From assembly GCA_964016885.1 (NCBI GenBank), contig OZ024742.1, positions 293,446,001-293,510,000 on the forward strand: a stretch of 64,000 nucleotides of DNA, read 5' to 3'. Positions 11,652-27,084 of this stretch are shown in pieces (position 1 is the stretch's first letter; each line of letters begins with the position of its first letter). The notes below the pieces were generated by a model. It was not told the origin of the DNA and searched no databases. It worked only from the letters and a program-made list of their open reading frames with translations. The position numbers and the translations under genes are program-made. Source of the DNA: Eledone cirrhosa. Taxonomy: Eukaryota.

Positions 11652-13511
11652 TTGAAGGTTTAAATAATGGTGAGACACAACATATTACAGAATGTAGTCC
11701 TAAACATATTATATATGCCACCCCAAAAGATGAAATTGTCTTGGTTAAAATACTTTTGACTATAGTTCTGCACAGTCAGGGTTAACATGGGACAAACAAT
11801 GTAATAATTTCTCAAACACTCTCAAAATGTCATTGACTTAAAGACTCATCTCTATACACTCATTAACTGTATCAACTACCAAAGAATCATTAAGTCATTG
11901 CCTAATTAGCATGTTTCATTCTAAATGCTATTTAACTATTATTATAACAGTCTATACACTTGCTGCTCCAGTAACTTATCTACTTAACAAAAACCCTCTT
12001 AATTTACTCCTCATCAATCTACATTCCATAACCTACCAATTATTTAACAGAACAGAAAGTAACCAAGCTGAGACTATGAAATACAAATATAGCCTTATCA
12101 TTAACCCTTTCATGGCTATATTTTTAATTAAATATACTCTATTTCAATTAATTAATGAAGAATTTTGAGGGATTTATTAAAACTATTAATTATTTCATTA
12201 GTAAGTAATTTAATTGTTTCTACTTTTTGGCACAAGGCCAGCAATTACCCCGTGCATTACTGGTACTTTATTTTATCGACCCCGTAAGGATGAAAAGCAA
12301 AGTTGACTTCGGCGGGATTTGAACTCAGAGAGCAGAGAGCAGAAACAAATACCATAAAGGATTCTATCCGACGTTCAAATGACTCTGCCAATTCACCGCC
12401 TATACACAATGATGTAAATATACATACACACTACACTTATATAACAATGATGCAAATATATATATATATACACACAACACTTATATAACATTGATGTAAA
12501 CATTTTACACACACAGAAATAGAATCCTTTAATGAAAGAGCTGGAATTCTTTCTTTAAAAGTAAACAGTCTTGATATGTTTAAGAGAAACTTGAAGGTAG
12601 ACAACAAGATATCAGATATATTTCTTTATTAGCCACAGGGGCACAAAAGAAGGGGACAAATACAAAGGGGGAAGTTTACATACAATAAAAACGTGTAAAA
12701 TGTTATCACAGATGGAATTTAAAAGTTAGTCGATTTCCCCCAATAGAGGGAGACAGTTTATATGGGTAACACAGACCCCCGAAAAAAATGTGCAACCCTC
12801 ATCTCCAGGAGTACGAAGAAGATATCAGATAGATACACAGACAGACACATAGCAATCAGAGAATTATGGTTACAGACACACAGACAGAGTAATCAGAAAC
12901 TTATGGTTATTAGTCAAAGAGAGACAAGAGATAAGGAATCAAAGAAAATAGAAGAATAAACAAAATATGGTAACTAAATAGTTTTAGAATTATTAAGAAA
13001 TGAAAAAAAGATGATGGTGGTGATGGTGGTGGTAGAGGTGTTGGCAGTTGTAGTGGTGGTGGTGGTGGTGGTGGTGGTGATAATAATGGTGGTGGTTGAG
13101 ACTACAATAATGATAGTTATATATTGAGATATTGCAGTCACAGTTAAACACACTGTATTTATACAGATATAACTTTATCAACAATGATAGTGCTGATAAA
13201 TGGTGATGCTGATGAAAAATGATGATAACAATCGATGTTGATGATGAAGGTAATGACAATGATGATGATGTTGGGAATGATGCTGATGATGATGATAATG
13301 ATGGTGATGAGAATGATGAAGATGGTAATGATGACGATGATGATGATAAGGATGATGACAATGATGATGATGTACTAATATTAAATCCTACGTTTACTCT
13401 AGATTATATCTGATACTTTCACCTCATGTCATTTGATTTGCTAAATGGATGGTTTTTAACAACATAAAGAATAAAGAAACAAACAAACTAAATTCAAAAA
13501 GAAAAGTCTTA

Positions 13512-13850
13512 TTCTTCTTCATCACCCACTTATTCCTGGGAGGGTCATGGGAGCAGAGTCCTCAAACACTCCTTCCAGTGGGTCCTGTCAGAAGCAACCA
13601 TCTCCAACTGATCCGGCTGGATCCCCAAGCGAGACCAGCCAAGCTCATGCATGTTATCCAACCATCTTGCTTGGGGTCTCTTGCCGGTTGGTTTTGCCCA
13701 TAAAATCCTTTCAGTGATTCTTTCCTGAGACATTCTAACCACATGTCCATAGTATCGGAACTGTGATCTTCCAATTCAGAGAAGAAGCAGCTCTACCTGG
13801 AGTGACTCTCTGATCTTCGAGCTACGCACTCTATCAAGTAATGTTACTCT
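13512..13850 (-). mobile_element. RTE LINE 3' fragment, third family (longer copy at ~22970-23425)
   Basis: GHVVRMSQERITERILWAKPTGKRP…RW peptide; (GAA)n-like tail. Confidence 0.75.
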
Positions 13851-15634
13851 AAAGAAAAGTATATATTTGAAATGCTTTTTTTTTCTTTTTCTTTTTCTTT
13901 TTCTTTTTCTTTTTCTTTTTACTATTTAGTTTATGGACTGTGAATGGAAGCTATCTTCAAATTGGATATCTGGTCCGAATGGTTGAAGCAGAGTAAACTC
14001 TGTTAAAGTCATACAAGAACCAGTGGTGGTGTTGACTCTTAACATCCTGTACCATATGAAACCACATTATCAAGACATTCTTGAAAAGTACAAAACAACA
14101 CTATGACTGCACCACATTAAACATTAATGTCTTTAATATTGCAAAGTTTCACAACAATCTATCCAATACTAAAGATACTATAAACATTTGAGCTAACCAA
14201 TCCATTTTTAGATATTTTTTGCTAAATCATTACAGGATGTCCAAAGTTAATCTGGGTGATGAAATAAATCTACCACCTAAATAGACCACAGTGAGATTTA
14301 AACACAGAACACCAAAAAAGGCTGAAACAAATACCACAAGGCATTTAGTCATACACTGTACTAACACTCTAGTGGTTAGAGTTAACTCGCCAATTCAACT
14401 GAGAACACAAGATATTTCATCTGATGCTCTAACAACTGTCAATCTGGACTAATACTTTTATAAAACCCCGACATGATGAAAAGAAAAATTGACCATAGCC
14501 GGTTGAACTCACAGTGCAGGAAGCCAAGAAAGTAATGCAAAACTTTTAACAATAGTCCTTGCATTGGTAAAGTTGCAACAGAAACTTGACTGGTACAGTC
14601 AGATAGCTACAACTCCCTGCCCAAAGCCATCCTTTAGGACACAGTTAAGGGAGAGTGAAGAAGTGGCAGATAAATAAATTCTTAGTCCAACATCAAGGAC
14701 TGGATGGATTGTGACCTTTCTGTGCATGATGGAGGATAGAGCCCAGTGATGACTGCCGATTGTGAAAACATCTAAAATGGTACCCCAATGACTAGCTACA
14801 CCTGATACAGGAACTTAACTGATTGATTAACCACTCTACCAATTCCACTACCTGATTGATTAGCTACTCTACCAATTCCACTGCTTGATTGATTAACAAA
14901 TCTGCCAATTCTACTGCCTGATTGATAGTTGAGTTCAAGAAACAATGTCACCCTTATGTCAACCATAAATTATTTCTGTCGATTAGAAAAACAAAATACA
15001 AGAAAACATATCTTTTGTTGTGATTGGTGTTTAGTTTGTGGTTAAAGTCTAATTATAAATGATTCAGAGATCAATAATCAATATTTATTCACCACCATCA
15101 TCATCATCATCATCGTCAACATCATAATCATCCTCATCATTTAATGTCAGTTTTCCTTGTTATCAAGGGTTGAATAGGTTGTCTGAGACCAAATCAGTAC
15201 TGAATTAGAACTACTGACATCTCAGATATGCCAGGGGGTTGTGTCTTTCTTACATACCTTCTCACACTAAAGAGTGCACTCGTTATTAATCTCAAGCTTC
15301 AAGGTGATAGATTGGCAGAATCATTAGAGTATTGGATGAAATACTTTGTGGTATTTGCTACAACTCTTTACATTCTCAGTTCAAATCCTGCCTAGGTTAA
15401 CTTTGCCTTTCATCCTCCCACTGTCAATAAAATATCAGACAAGTAATGGGGTTGATTACATCAACTCTCCCTACTCCAAAAATTGTTAGTTTTGCACTTA
15501 ACTCTTTCATGACTGCATTTCTAATGAAATATACTCTATTTTAATTAATTAATGAAGAATTTCGGGGGGATTTACTAAAACTATTAATTATTTCATTACT
15601 AACATTGTGGTAACTAAAAAAAATTGAAACAAGC

Positions 15635-15955
15635 ATGTTCTGATGGATGTGTAATGTTAGAAAGGCTAAGTATAAGAGGAATTAAATGTAGCATGGAAGA
15701 GAAATACTCACATTGGTATGGTCATATGTATAAAAAGAGTGAAAGTTGTGAAGAAAAAAGTGCCAAAGGTTTGATGTAGAAAAATGATTGTGGTAGAAAA
15801 AGATCATGGAAGAAATGGGATGAAGATGTGAAGAATGACATCGAGAAACTAAACTTCATGAAAGAGATGACACAGGACCAAGCTGATTGGCAATATGCCA
15901 TACTACAAAAAACACCTACCCACCAGTACAAGCACTATGATGCTAAAAATAAATG
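15635..15955 (+). mobile_element. degenerate RTE 3' fragment (similar relics at ~14570-14790, 21945-22220, 30180-30420)
   Basis: WYGH and KKWDEDVKND remnants. Confidence 0.6.
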
Positions 15956-17848
15956 TGACAAGAGGTCCTGTTTATTCTCTCCAGAATGACCAAGACAATA
16001 TAGAATAGAGAGGAACATCTAAAGATGTCAAGAACTTGAGAACCACTCTAGTGATGGTGCTAATGTAAAGTTATTATTGATCGAATGGAGACAATATGGG
16101 GTAGAGAGAACTCTTTATTTTGGCTGAAAATATAACCTCTCTTGTGCTGGTGCCATGATAAAATGCACAAAGTACACCCAGTAACACTGTAAAATAGTTA
16201 ACTCTGTAAAGTAGTTAGTATTACAAAAGACATCCAGCTGTAGAAACCATGCCAAAGTAAGGAAGATATAGACAAGGTGTAGTTCCCCGACCAGTCGAGT
16301 CTCATATCACGGCAACCCATCCAACCTCTGTCAGCATGTGTAGCAGACATAGAATGATGATGATGATGGTGGTGGTGGTGCTAGAGAAGCTACTTTTCTG
16401 AATAATTATATTGATTATTGTATCAACAAAGCCCAATTTTTAGTTATTTGAATTCTGCATAAACTTTCGCTGATTTTATATAACATGCCAACTTCCAATA
16501 AATTTAGTCATTGTGACTGCATACATATATGTATACACACACACACAGACACATACGCATGCATGCATACACACGCATGCACACTCATGCCAGCATAGAA
16601 ACAGACACACACATACACAGAGTTACAATAATGTTAGTTGTTGGCAGGAGATAGTGATTATTATAATCAATATACAATTCATTCAAACATTGTCTGAATT
16701 TCCAGCTCTATCTGAAGCTAAATATCTCTCTATTGTTAATGAGAGTCTAAGTCTAAAAGTCTAAAGTTTGTCCTAAGCCTGGAGTCTCATCAGGCTGGTG
16801 CTTATTCCGGTTTCCATGGCATTAAACAACTGAGAGTACAATACTCCCTCCTGGACAGGATGCCAGTCCATCGCAGGGTTAAACTCCCAGCTATTGCTGG
16901 TACTCATTTTCAGTTGATTATACTAGAACAAAGTGAAATGAAGTGTCTTGCTCAAGAACACAACACACAACCCTGTAAAGGAATGAGAGTAAAGCACCAA
17001 CATTAGGAAGGACATCCCATCTTAAATTCACTCAAAACATTTGAGTTTATTGTTTACCTGCAACTAAAAATTAAATATATATTATATAGTATAAAGACCC
17101 ATGTTTTAGAATAGTATCATTGTATCACCATATGTTGCAAGAGATGACTAAAAGAGTTGGTGTCAGGAAAGTATCCAGCCATGAAAGATTACTTTAAAAT
17201 GTCCCATCCAACATTTGCCATCATGGAAAAGAAAATGCAAAAATGACAAAAATTGGCAGCTACCAAACAATGATGAGTTGAGGGGAGAAACAAATAGAAC
17301 TTCTGGAGGCAGGCATCTTTATTGGTGAGAACAGTGATATTAAAATATTGGATACTCAGTGATATTAAAATATCAAAGATGAATATAACAATGAAAAGGA
17401 CTTGTATACAGATATAACAATGTCTTATATATAGATATAATAATTATTTCTACTTTTGGAACAAGGCCAGCAATTACCCCAGTGCATTACTGGTGCTTTA
17501 TTTTATTAACCTCGGTGTGATTTGAACTCAGACCGTAAAGAGCCATAACTCTATGCTGCAAAGCATGGCGTCGGACCCTTTACCATACTGCCAATCCACA
17601 TATAATAATGATTTCTAGTATAGGCACAAGGCCAGTAATTTTTTTTTTTGGGGGGGGGGTCCGATTAAATCGACCCCAGCATATTACTGGTGCTTTATTT
17701 TATCGACCCCGTAAGGGTGAAAGGCAAAGTTAACCTCGGCGGGATTTGAACTCAGATCATAAAGGGCCATAACTCTGTACTGCAAAGCATGGCGTCCGAC
17801 CCTCTACCGACACTGCCAATCCACCACCCTATAATGTCTTATATATTG

Positions 17849-18403
17849 AGAGAGAGAGGAATCAAATGCGGTGTGCAGGAGAGGAGGTTACATTGGTATG
17901 GACATGTGATGTGTATGAAGGATGACAGAGCACTAGAAGTCGATGGAAGCCGCGGAGTGGAGAGACCCAAGAAGATCTGAGATGAGGTGATAAAGGCCGA
18001 CCTTACCCAATTGCACCTCTCAAGAGCAATGACACATGACTATGACCTCTGGCGTCATGCAGTAATACAGAAGACCCGACCCCCCCCCCCACGGGTACAA
18101 GCCGAAGCTGAAGCATATAGACAATATGCCCCCACACCCTCCCACTGCTAAGTGGTCGTGGAGGTGCCACGACCAAAAAGCACCCAGCCCACACTGTAAA
18201 GTGGACGTGTAGGTGCCACGGAAAAAAAGCACCCAGCACTCACTGTAAATGAGGTTGGTGTTAGGAAGGGCATCCAGCTGTAGAAATCAAGCCAGAATCA
18301 GTTCCTGTATGAGCAAGACAAGGTCAGCCGACCGGACAACCTGTCTAACCCATGCTAACGTGGAAGAACAGACGTAAAACGATGATGATGATGATGATGA
18401 TGA
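17849..18403 (+). mobile_element. RTE subfamily B 3' fragment
   Basis: RGIKCGVQERRLHWYGHVM followed by the B-type 3'UTR and (GAT)n. Confidence 0.88.
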
Positions 18404-18502
18404 TATAGATGACAGCAATGTCATATCTATATATACAGATGTCAACAGTTTCATATATATATATAGAGATAACAGTCTTATATAGAGAGAGGACAGCATG
18501 TC

Positions 18503-18548
<46 letters not shown>

Positions 18549-18575
18549 GACACGCTGTCCTCTCTCTATATAAGA

Positions 18576-18632
<57 letters not shown>

Positions 18633-21499
18633 GAGAGAGAGAGAGAGATGTCAACAATGTTTTATATATACAGATGTCAACAAGGCCTTCAGGTCTAAAG
18701 AACTGACAACTAATCAAAACTCAAAGATACAATTTAGCTATGGAAGTACAAAAACGAAATTCCACAAGTTCTATTAAAAGACAAAATGCAGAATACCAAC
18801 TAAAATGATATTTCAGAAAAACAACAACAACAACAACAACAACAAATTTAAATTATTCTACCTTAAAGCCAAAACAAAAATATAATTGTAAACTAATAAA
18901 GTTGATATGAAATCTAGATAGCAACAAGAATAAATATAGAAAGTATCTATTTTAACTTTCTATATTGTACATTGTTCTACATACATACCTCTTAATAGCT
19001 GACGATGACTACAGATAGGGGTTCCTGTTGTTTATCTATTTACTATATATCAACTATTTATACTAGAGCCCGGTGCCTCCCAGTACACTCTGTAAAGTGG
19101 TTGGTGTTAGCAAGGGATCTCAGCCACAGAAACCATACCAAAAAGGATTAAAAGGAACCTTCAATTAAGACACAACAAACTCTCCAGTGCTGATGCAACA
19201 ACAACAAAAATCAAAATGCACCCAGTACACTCTGTAAAAGGGTTGATGATAGGAAAGGCATTCAGTTGTAGAAACCATGCCAAAAAATAATTGAGAGGAT
19301 TTTTCAGTTGTGTCAAGGGAATGACAACTCTCTAGTGTTGATATGATAAAAGGAGGCACCCAGTACACTCTGTAATGTGGTTGGTGTTAGAAAGGACATC
19401 CAGCCATTGAACATTTTTCAAACAAAGAGTAGAGAGGATTCTTCAGTTGTGTCAAATATATGACAACCACCTTAATGCTGGTACCACAATAAAATGCATG
19501 GTATATGCTGTAGAGTGTAAGATCAGTGGTTCTGACAGAGTACTGATCTAGGGACATATGTGAGGGGCAAAGTATTAGGGTGTGGTTGGCGTGTTAGGAC
19601 ATGAGTAGAGTGTTAGGACATGAGTGGAGTGTTAGGATGAGGGTGGAGTGTTAAGATGTGGGAGGTGAAAGGGAGGAGGGACATAGATGAAGGGAGAGGT
19701 GTTAGGACACAGAGGTGTATGGAAGGAGGAGGAGACGGTAGTGCATACAAGATTTATGCTTCAACCTGTGCACATGGGAAGGAGGGTCTTCTCTATATTT
19801 ATATATACACTGCCTTGATAGTCCATCCTTTCTTTACCTAATACCTCATTAACATTCCAAACTAAATTTTCAACTATGCTATACTTAGTCACTGCATAAG
19901 AACTTGGTTCAATTAAAAAAAATTAAACTTAAATCGTTAAATATCCTGTACATAAGTTGATGCTAAAAATATATCCAATCTAGTGTGGGCAGAATGATAC
20001 ATAAATTTAGTTAGTGTTATTGGTCATTAATAAACAAGGTGGTGCCCAAGCATGGTAGCAATCTAATGATACATAAATTTAGTTAGTGTTATTGGTTATT
20101 AATAAACAAGGTGGCGCCCAAGCATGGTAGCAATCTAATGATTGACATAAGTAAAAGATTAAAAGTGGACCATTTATCAACAAACAGAACCATTTGTCAA
20201 ACAATCAATACTACCTTATCAACTAAGAAAATATTCAGTAAGGACGATGATGATCATCATCATCACCATCAACCTCTTGTTCATCATCACTTTTTAATGT
20301 CTATTTTTTCCATGTGTGCATGGGTTAGACAGGTTGTCCATGTTATGATACAAGTCTGGCCAGTTGGCTGCACTGTACCTTGCTCAAAATAACTGTATTT
20401 TGGCTCTGATTTTTACAGCTGGATGTCCTTCCTAACACCAACCACATTATGGAGTATACTGGGTACATTTTATTGCGGCACCAGCAGAACTCTTTTATAG
20501 AATGTATTGGGTGCCTTTTATCATGGCACCAGCAAAATCACTTTACAGAGTGTATTAGGCATATTTTATCACGAATCCAGCAGTACCACATTACAGAGTG
20601 TATTTGGTGCATTTTATCATGCTATCAGCATAGTAATATCGCTTTGAATTTTACCTATATATGCTATATGTTAAATTCCAACATAAAATTCCTATATTCT
20701 ATATTTATAATTATACTATATGCTTACTTACAACACAGAGTTCCTTTTTTTTTATTCTGAATATAAAGAAGAAAATCTTTGGCAACATCATCAACAGATT
20801 CCTACATTTTTGTAACAGAAAGTTGACATCATAAATAATGACTTCTTTTTAGTTTGTGTGAAACAATAAAATATTTTTAGAGTGGCATAATAAGAATAGC
20901 TGAAGGCCATTTTAACTGACTAGAGCTTCTTCTTATCATTTCAATGATAATCTCTAGACATCTCATAGAAACTACTTGTTGACTGGATGACACATTCAGT
21001 GAAATATTTCAATGAGATTTAGTCTGCCTGGTTCAAATCTGAAAACTTAACAGCTAATTTGACAGCAAAGAATTTTTTTTTTTAAAGTTGTTTGATGAAC
21101 AACACTTAGATGATATGAGAGTATAAAGAACTTAGTATCAGTCCAGGTAAGCAGATTGGTAATATTATTAAAGTGTCAGGTAAGGTGCCTTATGATATTT
21201 GTTCTGGTTATTTGCATTCTGAGTTCAGATCCTGCTGTGGTTTACTTAGATGGTAAAGTTAATCTGTTTGCTGGTTTCACCCCACAACCTGATCGTTGGG
21301 TGCCTTTAGTGAAGCTTACTCTGTTGAATGTATTTAGGCCAGGTTTCTGGTTTGAATATATCTTCCCACTACTAGTCTTGGAGACCATGAGAGAGGATTA
21401 TGGACACTAACCTTCTATCCTTCATTAAACAGTAATAAAAAAAAATGTTAAATTAAATCATTAAAAATTATTAAAATCCTGAATAAAAATGTTTCTCAC

Positions 21500-21658
21500 T
21501 TCTTCTAACTGTTCCGAATGTTCTCTAAATTTCACAGACAATTCATCAACTTTGTCAGGACTTCCAGCTAATCCGTGGATCTTTAATCCCTTTAGTAAGT
21601 CATGGTCTTCATTCACCTTGAATAACTCTGATGCTTGGTCCATTGTGGTATCTTGCAG
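21500..21658 (-). CDS. CTNNAL1: alpha-catulin exon (LQDTTMDQASELFKVNEDHDLLKGLKIHGLAGSPDKVDELSVKFREHSEQLEE)
   Basis: 159 nt, cacttcAG acceptor, GTGAGA donor, phase 0/0. Vinculin/catenin-family helical segment continuous with the next exon. Confidence 0.88.
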
Positions 21659-22969
21659 CTGAAGTGACCAAATAAATAAAATTTTAAAATAAACAGTTGA
21701 TCAACAAAAATAATTTTTAAAAAGACTGAAATTTTAAAACCATTCATCAATAAAGCAATAAGCATTTTAACCCTTTCATTATCATACTCCTAAAGAAAGA
21801 CACAGCCTATTATTTTTGAATCAGAAATTATGATGGAAACTTTTTCAATAAATATCAATACATATTAACGTTTTAAAACAAACGGTTTTGTATCACAGAA
21901 TCAAGGGCAATTTCATGTGATTTGGTATCAGAAGAGTTAATTCACTGGATATGTAATGTTAGTGTGCAAAAACTAAAGAGCACAAGTAAATTGAGAGAAA
22001 TGCTGAGTATAAGAGGGATTGAATGTAGTATGTTTACACTGGTAGGGGACATGTGATGCATAAGGAGAATGAGAGATGTATAGAAAATAATCAAGTGCTC
22101 AAAGTGGATGAAAGCTATGGAAAAGGGAGATGGAGGGAGACATAGGACCAAGTAGATTGGCAATATGCCATAATACAAAAGACCCATCCATCAGTACAAG
22201 CACTGTGACATTAAAAGTAAATGTGGTAAAGAAATGGTTGAAGTGTTTATATCTATCTAAAAATCTGTCATCATAATTTTATGTAAGAACCTTTTATAAG
22301 TTATGCTCCAATCACTAGTTTAATAAAAAATAAAATTAAAATTAAAATAATAAAAAATAAAAATAATTAATTTTAGATTTTTGATAATTTTCAAAACTAT
22401 GTGTCTTCCATTCCAAATGTGAGAATGAAAGAGTTAATGCTGCTGAACTTCCTGAAAGAGGATACATCAGTAGTGTGTTTTAGTAATAAGGAAGTTCAGT
22501 TCAACACGTGGACTTCCTAATTACAATGTCTCTTCTAGTCACCTAAACAAAACTATTTAGCTTCCTGTTGAGCCTCCAGATAAAAATATGTTTCTACCCA
22601 TACCTTTCCATTCCTCTCCAATCTTGTTATATTATATTTGAAAAAACAAAATGTAGAAAAAGAAACCTAAAGACAGTCTCACTAGTCTTCCTGTTTCTGA
22701 TGTTGTTATAATTACAGTGAGATGTTAAGATTTTTCAACATTGTTACACAAGAAAATTAATGACATCATTGTTAATGTATATCTATAAATTTACAATACA
22801 GCATTAACAGTTGTATGAAGTGAGTTTCTTCTCTGAAGACCTTCTGCTGTCTAGTTCTCCTGTTTCTTACTACTACTTGTTAGTCTGTATCCGGTTTAGA
22901 ATAGGTACATTATATTCCTGTGTGCTGTAACAGCTGATTAAAAGGGTTAGTGTCAGGAATGACATCCAA

Positions 22970-23425
22970 GAGTCCTCAAACATTCCTTCCAGTGGGTTCT
23001 GTCAGAAGCAACCGTCTCCAACTGAATCCCCAAGCGAGACCAGCCAAGCTCATGGATGTTATCCAACCATCTTGCTTGGGGTCTACCTCTGGGTCCCCTG
23101 CTGGTTCATTTTGTCCATAAAATCTATCAAGGGATTCTTCCCTTAAACATTCTAACCACATGCCCATAGTATTGGAGCTGTGATCTCTCAATTGAGAGAA
23201 GTAGCAACCCTTTGATCTCCGAGCTATGCATTTCTATCGAGTAACATTACTCCGAAGACCCTTCGGAGGAACCCCGTTTTGATCACTTGTATTCATGATT
23301 GTATTCTTTCGGTCATTACCCAAGATTCATGATCATAGGTAAGGGTTGGCATAAATACCAAATTGAAGATAGCGAGTTTGGCTTTTACACCCACCTCCCT
23401 TCTTCTGATTACCAAATGCTGAAGC
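22970..23425 (-). mobile_element. RTE LINE fragment, third family
   Basis: Homologous to 13550-13850 and extends further 5'. Confidence 0.75.
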
Positions 23426-25127
23426 TATTTATTTATTGTTGTTAACTATCAAATAACTAGATATACCACTGTTTGGTATTAACTATGAAATAACTAGATA
23501 TAGCAATGTATTGGTATTAACTATAAAATAGTAAGGTCTTTGAAACATTAGAATGAGATAACAACTGTTTGAAACATTAACATTGGACTAGCATCAGTAA
23601 AGTTAGAGTCTAAGAGTTAGATGAATGGAAACTATTCATCTAACAGTAAGATGATTGAAAATATGACTGTTAATATGATATAAATGGGAAAATATCTGAG
23701 TTATGACGTACAGATATAGAGATATTCAATATAGTAAATATATTTAATACATTATCAATAGTAGCAAATAGGAATTCTGTATATACTGTTCTACACATGA
23801 AGCCTGTGTAGTCATCTTATTAACTCGGTTATAAAAAGAAATGTTAGATCTGCTTTGTAATCTTTTCATTACTAAGGACTGAAACCAATGGATTTTCAAG
23901 GGAAATGTTGCAAAGCAGAAAATGAGGTGCCAAGGTCAATCTCACTGCATAGCATCTTTAATTAAGTGTCAAGTGTCTTTTACTAAAACTTGTGACAGAA
24001 ACTTATTAGACAGACACTATGTGGAAGCCCATAGAATGGATTGTACTTGTAATTTTAAACATTCAGTCATATAGCCATATCACATAGTGCCATTCTGATT
24101 CAGCTTGTCAAAGGTACATTTGTCTGTAGAGTACTCATCCACATACAGTCTAATTTAACAAGTCAAGCATTTAATTGATTAAACAACTGACTGCTCATTG
24201 TTGAAACTAAAAGAGGAAACAAATAACTTTCAAAATAATTAAGAATTTGGATGGATTTACTAAAATCTTTCAATAAAATTATAATGGGAAATTTAGATAA
24301 ACATTAACTCTTTAGCCCTTCTGTGACTCTATTTCAATCAATTAATGAAGAATTTTGAGGGATTTACTAAAATTGTTAATTGTTTCATTACTATAACAGT
24401 AACTTAATGTAAGGTTCTTATATAAAATTATGTTGGCAAATATTAATTTAAATTGGAAAGCTTTAAAATGGGTGGTTTTATTTCATAGAATCAGAGCCAG
24501 TTTTGGTCGGATTGGTAACTAAAAGGTTAATCCATACAGTTTTGTATCATAGAGCCAGGGGTGATTTCAGGCAACCTGGTATTTAAGGGGTTAATCTCTC
24601 TACTTAACACAATGAAGACACACTGTCTACTCTTCTATAAAAATGATGTCAATCAATGTAAAATATTATTTCCATATTACACAAAGCACTGACAGACTTT
24701 CATGTTCCAAACAAAAGCACTTGTATAATCCAATCAACAATTACTTCTGCACAACAAACCAAACCACACATAATACAATATATCTAATTTATTCCTCTTC
24801 AACTATATACTATGAACAGCAGTACTTCTGGCATCAGCCATTTTTCAGCTAATTTATATTCCTTACCCACTCTCAAGTAAAATTCAGCTTTTATAAAAAG
24901 AGATTTTAAAACATATCTTTTTGTGGAGCTGTACTTGTTTACCAAGTGACTTGATCTGAAACCATCTGTTGAAACTTAAGCAATTACATTATAGAAGGGG
25001 TCATTTTTGCCATTAATACTTTAATAACAACCCACCTGAAACAACCCCTGATTTTATATTTATCTAACAACCTTCCATCATAATTTTATGTAAGAACCTT
25101 TCTTAAGCTATGTTCCAAATACCAGTT

Positions 25128-25826
25128 TTCTATTTTTGGTACAAGGCAAACAATTTGAAAGGAAGGGGAAAGTTGATTAAATTAACCCCAACGTGTTACT
25201 GCTACTTTATTTTATCAACCCCGTAAGGATGAAAGACAAAGCTAACCTCGGCGGGATTTGAACTTAGAACGTAAAGGGCCATAACTCTATGCTGCAAAGC
25301 ATGGTGGCTGACACTCTACCGATACTGCCAATTCACAGCCCTATTGATCATTATTAATAATGGTTTCTATTTTTGGCACAAGGCCAGTAATTTGAAGGGA
25401 AAGGGAAAGTTGATTAAATTGACCCTGTGTTACTGCTACTTTATTTTATCAACCCCATAAGGATAAGAGGCAAAGCTAACCTCTGCAGGATTTGAAATTA
25501 GAATGTAAAGGGCAATAACTATATGCCACAAAATATGTTGTCCAATGCTCTACTGATTCTGCCAATTCACATTCTACATTAGCTATTCTTAGGGGCATTT
25601 ACCTAATTTTTTAAAACTATTATTATTATTTATAATAATTGGTGGATTGGCAATATCAGTAGAGGGTCGGACACCATGCTTTGCAGCATAGAGTTACGGC
25701 CCTTTACAGTCTGAGTTCAAATCGTGCTGAGGTTAACTTTGCCTTTCATCCTTTTGGGGTTGATAAAATAAAGTACCAATAACACACTGGGATAATTGCT
25801 GGCCTTGTGCCAAAAGTAGAAACATT
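25128..25826. mobile_element. cluster of three SINE family 1 copies (-,-,+)
   Basis: Three matches to the family 1 sequence. Confidence 0.75.
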
Positions 25827-26997
25827 TATAGCAATCAACTGTTGTTACAGTTATTTTCTGCATTTGGACTCCCATATTTTAAATTTCAAATTATCCCAGC
25901 ACCTCAGTAAATCATATAATGTATTTATTTAGTATTTTTTATATTTGAAATATAGGCAGCAAATTGGCAGAATCACTAGAACATTGGATAGAATGCTTTA
26001 TGGTATTTGTTCCGGTTCTCTGCTCTCGAATTTTAAATCCCGCCGAGGTCAACTTTGCCTTTCATCCTTTCGGAGTCAATAAAAAAAGTACCAGTCTAGT
26101 ACTGGGGTCGATTCTTTCTCTATATCTCTTTCTCATTTCCTCTCTCACTTTCTATCTTTCTCTGGAAGAAATCTGCTGTACTCAGGCCTGGAGAGGGATG
26201 GGCTATGCCAGGCTTAACATGCCCAAGAAACGTTGTATGTCCATATGGCACCCCTACGACTATACCAAAGCATACCATAACATATTTGAAATAAAGTGAA
26301 GCAAACATCAAATACAAGACATGCAGCAGCGAACATTTTAAGATCCTTTTTAAAACATTCATTTACAAATGAGAAGTCATTTTGAGTTTAGTTATAAATG
26401 TTAGTTTGGAAGTTTTTTTAATTGTTTTTGTGAAAGTTTGGATGCAATCTTGAGGTCCCAGGTTTGGTCCCACCAGGTGACATCTGGTTCTCTAAAGTCT
26501 GTCTCAGGCAGGGAGGCTTATCAGGCTGGTGCATATCCCAGTTTTGTGGTGTGAAGCGACAAAGAGTACAAGACTCCCCACTGGACAGGAAGCCAGTCCA
26601 TCATAGGGTCAAACCCGCATCTATTGCTGGTACTCATTTTCAGCTGAGTATACTGGAGCAGCATGAAGTGTTTTGCACAAGAACCCATGACATTATGATC
26701 GTAAGTACAACAGCCTTACCACTAGGTCATATGTCTCCACTGGGTGGTACCTGTAATTCAATTATCCAGTCTTGTCACATATTGTGTCATGCTGATTCAG
26801 CCTGAGAATTATGTGAAGGAATACTCAGCCACTTACACATTAATTTCATAAGCAGGCCACTCCTTTGCTTAAACAACTCAGTGCTCATCATCAAAACCAA
26901 CTTTCCAGTTTAAAAGTAAAATTAACTACATAGGTTTTCTGAAATAAATTGTTCAAATTTTATTCAACTGATAAAAAAATATTGTAAATCCTTTTAC

Positions 26998-27084
26998 CTG
27001 TTTATGAAGAACCTTTGATGCTTCAATAGTTTTAAGAATTGCAGTTTCTAATTCTTGACTTGATGATGTATTGTCTTTCTGATT
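26998..27084 (-). CDS. CTNNAL1: alpha-catulin exon (NQKDNTSSSQELETAILKTIEASKVLHKQ)
   Basis: 87 nt, poly-T tract plus AG acceptor, CAG|GTAAAA donor. Not in the ORF track; translated by hand. Resembles catulin EELELSILKISHSLNELKKE. Confidence 0.85.

Noticed and set aside
12993-13413. Ser/His-rich and Asp-rich ORFs
   Set aside because: Degenerate (GAT)n/(GGT)n trinucleotide repeats.
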